Below, one piece after another: positions 60,228 to 64,000 of a DNA stretch of 64,000 nucleotides (its first letter is position 1; every line of letters starts with the position of its first letter). The DNA is from a virus (Duplodnaviria > Caudoviricetes). The notes under the pieces were generated by a model. It was given only the letters and a program-made list of their open reading frames with translations. It did no database searches and was not told the origin of the DNA. Both the position numbers and the translations under genes were made by a program. The DNA lies in the IMG/VR virus record IMGVR_UViG_3300046170_000302, one strand, 5' to 3'.

Positions 60228-60521
60228 GTGAAAACTCTTTATATTCATCCCTTAGGTGACACAGGTTGTCTAACACATGATGGATACATTCAAATAGGAG
60301 TATTCAATCATTCACTAGAGAAACACCTTGAACTTAATCCGACTATAAACTGGGTTGAAACCTATTGGTATCCTGATGTATTTTCAAACAGATACAAGAG
60401 AGCAAATTTTCAACAAACAGAAAAAGCTAATGAAGGAAGTCCTAGGACTGACAATGCATTAGATAGTCGCCCAAGAGACTTTCCTGATCAAGCACAAACT
60501 AGATTAGACAGAACATTATGA
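60228..60521 (+). CDS. Hypothetical protein
   Basis: ORF track; PRTDNA.DSRPRDFPDQ. Confidence 0.7.
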   Translation: MKTLYIHPLGDTGCLTHDGYIQIGVFNHSLEKHLELNPTINWVETYWYPDVFSNRYKRANFQQTEKANEGSPRTDNALDSRPRDFPDQAQTRLDRTL

Positions 60522-60994
60522 GTTTTTGTATTGGAGCCCAAACTGTTATGGGCACCCTAGCAACAATTGGTGTTGGGATGGCCACACCAGACAAAGTTAG
60601 AACTTATGTCGGAGTTTATGTTACACCGGTTGAGAGTACTGAAGTATCTTTGGAACAACCATCAGGAACATTCGGTATTGAGTATGATGTAATCAATCAT
60701 ATTAGATTGTTTGCAGAACATCACTCATCACCAATGTCTTGTCAAGATGATCCGGGATTGAATATGGCAGGTGTTAAGTTCTTTATACCTCTTTCATCTG
60801 TCGCAAAACTATACACTGGTTTGGCTGTTCATGATGAATCATTTGATAGTAATAATGAACTAAGGAACCCTATTATCATCTCAGGTATTGAGGTTGGTAC
60901 AGAGGGTGTCAAATTATACACAGAATATATGACTGATACCTATAACTTTGATGGTGGTAGAGTTCAGTCAGGAATTAAATTTTTCTTTAGATAA
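60518..60994 (+). CDS. Hypothetical protein, possible beta-barrel
   Basis: Beta-rich pattern; C-terminal GIKFFFR. Confidence 0.6.
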   Translation: MSFCIGAQTVMGTLATIGVGMATPDKVRTYVGVYVTPVESTEVSLEQPSGTFGIEYDVINHIRLFAEHHSSPMSCQDDPGLNMAGVKFFIPLSSVAKLYTGLAVHDESFDSNNELRNPIIISGIEVGTEGVKLYTEYMTDTYNFDGGRVQSGIKFFFR

Positions 60995-60996
60995 CA

Positions 60997-61320
60997 ATGA
61001 AATTTCTATTCACACTAATCGCAACACTATTCTTAGCTCTCCCAGCATGGGCAGTTGATGTAACTATGGGTTCAAATGGTAACCTAGTATTTGCACCCAA
61101 TGACATCACTATCTCAGCAGGAGATACTGTTCACTTTATTAACGAAGCACTACCTCCTCACAATATCATTGTAGAAGGTCGTGCAGACCTTTCCAGAGAA
61201 GCACTATTGTTTGCTCCTGGCGAATCACAAGACGTTGTATTTGCTGACGCAGGGGACTATAATTTCTTCTGTGGACCCCATCAAGGTGCTGGCATGACTG
61301 GAGTCATTCACGTTCAATGA
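60997..61320 (+). CDS. petE: Plastocyanin
   Basis: Signal peptide; PPHNI; FFCGPHQGAGM. Confidence 0.93.
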   Translation: MKFLFTLIATLFLALPAWAVDVTMGSNGNLVFAPNDITISAGDTVHFINEALPPHNIIVEGRADLSREALLFAPGESQDVVFADAGDYNFFCGPHQGAGMTGVIHVQ

Positions 61321-61493
61321 TCGATTCTCCAGAAGCACCTATCGAAGGTGAAGTTGATAAGTGGGGGTTTACAATTAAACCCTCTATTACTGACGATGAG
61401 TTGATCCTCATGTGTCTTAAGAATGCTCCTTGTGGGGCAGATCGTAAACAAGCAATTGCTCTTATTAAAAAGTACGAAGACAAAGTAAAATGA
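61317..61493 (+). CDS. Hypothetical protein (58 aa)
   Basis: MIDSPEAPIEGEVDKWGFTIKP...CLKNAPCG; ATGA coupling. Confidence 0.65.
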   Translation: MIDSPEAPIEGEVDKWGFTIKPSITDDELILMCLKNAPCGADRKQAIALIKKYEDKVK

Positions 61494-62137
61494 AAATCTT
61501 CCTAGACACCGCGGACACATACGCTATTAAAGATTACTTTGATACAGGTCTCATCGATGGTGTCACAACTAATCCCACTCTGATTATGAAGAGTGGTCGT
61601 AACCCTGATGATGTGTATCAGAAGATCAAAGATATTGGTGTCAAGGATATCAGTATGGAAGTGATGGGTAACTTCGTTGAGATGTATACAGAGGCATCAC
61701 GACTCTCTCAGAAGTTTGGTGATGTGGCAACTATCAAAGTTCCTATGACCCGTGAAGGTTTGAGAGTATGTCATCAACTTTCTCAGGTTGATAAAGTGAG
61801 AGTGAATGTAACTCTTATCTTCTCAGCATCTCAAGCAGTTCTAGCAGCTAAAGCTGGTGCCACCTATGTGTCACCCTTTGTTGGTCGTCTTGATGACCAG
61901 TCTGTAGCCGGTCTAGAGGTGGTTCGTTCTATCTCTGAACTGTATCGTATTCATCGTATCCCTACACAGGTACTATCAGCCTCCATTCGTTCGGTACAGA
62001 GGGCTGTACGGTCCTGGTATAACGGAGCAGAGGTGGTTACGATGCCTCCTAGTATCTTTGAACAGATGTATGATCACATCTTGACTGATAAGGGTCTGGA
62101 GATCTTTGAGAAAGATGCAGCTAATATCAAACAATGA
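61490..62137 (+). CDS. talC: Transaldolase TalC
   Basis: MKIFLDTA; GVTTNPT; IKVP; NVTLIFS; SPFVGRLDD; SASIR. Confidence 0.96.
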   Translation: MKIFLDTADTYAIKDYFDTGLIDGVTTNPTLIMKSGRNPDDVYQKIKDIGVKDISMEVMGNFVEMYTEASRLSQKFGDVATIKVPMTREGLRVCHQLSQVDKVRVNVTLIFSASQAVLAAKAGATYVSPFVGRLDDQSVAGLEVVRSISELYRIHRIPTQVLSASIRSVQRAVRSWYNGAEVVTMPPSIFEQMYDHILTDKGLEIFEKDAANIKQ

Positions 62138-62310
62138 AAAGATATTACTACCGAGTTTATTCTGGTAGACCAGAAGAACTTGAGGCCGGGTATTATCCAC
62201 ATCTTGAAGCAGTCTTTAAAACCAAAGAAGAGAGCATTGAGTTTGTAAATACTTGGTTGGACTTATATCCAAAAGGTGATGTGACCTTTTGGTATGAAAA
62301 TCCAGATTAA
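62134..62310 (+). CDS. Hypothetical protein (58 aa)
   Basis: MKRYYYRVYSGRPEELE...; ATGA coupling. Confidence 0.5.
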   Translation: MKRYYYRVYSGRPEELEAGYYPHLEAVFKTKEESIEFVNTWLDLYPKGDVTFWYENPD

Positions 62311-62343
62311 AAATTGTCATAACCCTGTTGATCTCATAGGTCA

Positions 62344-62718
62344 ATGGGGTTATACTATGTGTATCGGAAAACAACTATGAACGGATCACTGGACCCAGAA
62401 GAAAGAGTTATGGAATCACCTACTGTAAACGAACAGGTTGCCTTTATCGCTCAAAAATATGGGTGGGAAGAAGGTGACGAAATTGTAGTTGAGGTTGGTG
62501 GTACCGTTGTATCTGGTATTCATCAAGGTGAAGACTATAACAAGAAGTGGGCAACACCCTTTGGTGTTCGTAAGTACAATAAGGATGCTTTCATCATTAT
62601 CAGTAATCAATCTCGTAGGGATCTGAGTAAATCTCAACCTATGGATAGGGAACATAAACCCCAACACCCATACACTCCCCCATCTCTAAATATTTCTGAA
62701 GAAAAGAAAACAAAATGA
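62344..62718 (+). CDS. Hypothetical protein
   Basis: KKWATPFGVRKYNKDAFIII.N.SRRD; promoter TTGATC-17-TATACT at 62328-62356, so the true start is probably downstream. Confidence 0.7.
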   Translation: MGLYYVYRKTTMNGSLDPEERVMESPTVNEQVAFIAQKYGWEEGDEIVVEVGGTVVSGIHQGEDYNKKWATPFGVRKYNKDAFIIISNQSRRDLSKSQPMDREHKPQHPYTPPSLNISEEKKTK

Positions 62719-62909
62719 GTTTCCCATTCAATCATGTTGTTCTTGAGGATCGTAAAGAAGTTTGGATCAAAGGTGGGTATCCTGGGTGTATGGCAGTACC
62801 AAGGTTGATGGAAAAGTTTTATCCTGGATATGAAGCCAAGTTGGCTAAGAATGAATTTATTGAGAAACTCAAAAAAGATTACACATTGAGGGCTACATTA
62901 GATGCCTGA
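62715..62909 (+). CDS. Hypothetical protein
   Basis: FPFNHVVLEDRKEVWIKGGYP. Confidence 0.7.
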   Translation: MSFPFNHVVLEDRKEVWIKGGYPGCMAVPRLMEKFYPGYEAKLAKNEFIEKLKKDYTLRATLDA

Positions 62910-62999
62910 TCACAGTATTCGCCCCCTACTTGAACAGGTAGGGGGTTTTACTATTACAATATTGATGTTTCTAGTTCCTATTTTAATTTTAATTTTACT

Positions 63000-63253
63000 A
63001 TGACTTTTCCTTGTATTCTCTAAAGACGGTTGCCCTTACTGCACTAAAGTTGCACAGGCACTTAAGCTCGCTGAAATGAAGCATGTCATATATAAACTTA
63101 ACCAAGGACTACACTCGACAAGAATTTTACAAAACATTTGGAGATGGCTCTACCTTCCCACAGGTTAGAGTATTCACTGAAGAAGAAGGTGAAAGAACTA
63201 TTGGTGGTTGTAGTGAAACGGTTAAGTATCTACGAGAAAACAAATTGATCTAA
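63000..63253 (+). CDS. Glutaredoxin (two indels)
   Basis: SKDGCPYCTKV; FGDGSTFPQV; IGGCSETVKYL. Confidence 0.85.
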
Positions 63254-63609
63254 TGGACAACACCTGGGAACTTCTAAACATTGTTGAGAGGACAATTGAT
63301 AGTGCATTCCAAGGCAAACAGATGCTCAACATGTATGAGTATTTGAAGTCTATCAAAGCAACTAAGAGAGATGCTACTGAATTTATTGATAGTTCTGTAG
63401 CCAGAGAGATTCAACTTCTTGTTATGGATCTTGAAGATTATCTTGAAGGTGGTAATGATGAACAACATAAACAACTGAGAGAAGGTTATGGTCATCTGGG
63501 TAAGCCCGAAGCCAGAAAGATAAAGGACTATCTCTATTCTATATTAGAGGATGCATGGAAGTATGAGCAAGAAAAAAGACCAGGAAGAAGGAGGAAAGCT
63601 TCTAAATAA
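63253..63609 (+). CDS. Conserved hypothetical protein
   Basis: EYLEGG.D..HKQLREGYGHLGKPEARKI. Confidence 0.75.
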   Translation: MDNTWELLNIVERTIDSAFQGKQMLNMYEYLKSIKATKRDATEFIDSSVAREIQLLVMDLEDYLEGGNDEQHKQLREGYGHLGKPEARKIKDYLYSILEDAWKYEQEKRPGRRRKASK

Positions 63610-63796
63610 CAAAATAAGTAACCTGCCATCAGAGATAGATAGAGGTGTCGAGTTACTATTAAGAAATAAAAAAGGGAGGGTTGGATCAAAAACTTTTCAG
63701 ATCAAATTTGATAAGATGATTTCTCTCTTCAAAAGAGAGTTCCACTTGAATATCGATTTTAGTTTCGATATAAAGAAGAAACCCCTAGGAGGTTAA
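63551..63796 (+). CDS. Hypothetical protein; start uncertain
   Basis: DRGVELLLRNKK. Confidence 0.6.
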   Translation: MHGSMSKKKDQEEGGKLLNNKISNLPSEIDRGVELLLRNKKGRVGSKTFQIKFDKMISLFKREFHLNIDFSFDIKKKPLGG

Positions 63797-63797
63797 G

Positions 63798-64000
63798 ATG
63801 TTAGCAGTTACTCTCACGTTCTCAGCATTGTTTTCAGTCATGTTCCTTGTGTTAGGAACAGTACTTGGTTGGTTGGCTAAAGACTATGTACTACAAAGAG
63901 ACTCTAAGTACATTCCACTTCACCCTGAGATGTTCGATGAGAATGGACAAGTTATCCCTGATGAAGTACTAGCAGTAAGATTTGAGAATGATATGCTTGA
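63798..64000 (+). CDS. Membrane hypothetical protein, runs off the window end
   Basis: MLAVTLTF...HPEMFDENGQVIPDEVLAVRFEN. Confidence 0.7.
   Translation, partial: MLAVTLTFSALFSVMFLVLGTVLGWLAKDYVLQRDSKYIPLHPEMFDENGQVIPDEVLAVRFENDML

Noticed and set aside
875-62667. Numerous short antisense or alternate-frame ORFs in the track (e.g. 875..1111, 19559..19933, 58058..58537)
   Set aside because: They shadow well-supported + strand genes, lack RBS or motifs, and have the composition expected of reverse-frame noise.
4319-63253. More than 25 frameshifts in genes such as gp45, gp62, gp43, purM, nrdA, nrdB, nadE, psbD and grx, read as programmed frameshifting or mass pseudogenisation
   Set aside because: Mostly single-base insertions in short runs, scattered through essential genes with otherwise intact motifs and no shared slippery site or stimulator. 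This is typical of unpolished long-read error. Read-level polishing would confirm.
1-64000. rRNA, CRISPR array, transposase/integrase, or stop-codon reassignment
   Set aside because: None seen. Gene breaks are frame changes rather than in-frame TAG/TGA, and no suppressor tRNA is present.

Overview
64 kb segment of a T4-like marine cyanophage (cyanomyovirus; host probably Synechococcus, inferred from the tRNAs and photosynthesis genes). Almost everything is on the + strand. In order: end of gp46, VWA/peptidase + MoxR(CobS-like) pair, replication module (gp45, purC, gp44, gp62, regA, hsp20, gp43, uvsX, gp41, mazG), a block of charged probable head/internal proteins that includes an HNH-domain protein, a sigma-70-family factor and a HIGH-motif nucleotidyltransferase, gp61, nrdA/nrdB, five tRNAs flanked by structured RNAs, a ~14.5 kb glycan-synthesis island (also carrying nadE and a peptide deformylase), then host-like photosynthesis and carbon genes (hli x2, psbA, psbD, petF, petE, talC, glutaredoxin). 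More than 25 single-base indels break essential genes. I treat these as uncorrected long-read errors and rejoin the genes by eye, so those boundaries are approximate. Main observations: (1) DNA polymerase gp43 is split at the fingers tip into two cistrons with a translationally coupled ORF-purM-purS cassette between them. (2) Proteins with capsid-targeting-like leaders carry a Cas9-type HNH domain and a NadD-like transferase, next to an early-promoter sigma factor. (3) A phage NadE may complete an NAD+ route or amidate sugars. (4) Pseudoknotted RNAs bracket the tRNA region. (5) A palindromic box lies 48-49 nt upstream of three -10 elements. No database searches were run; family assignments come from motif recognition.
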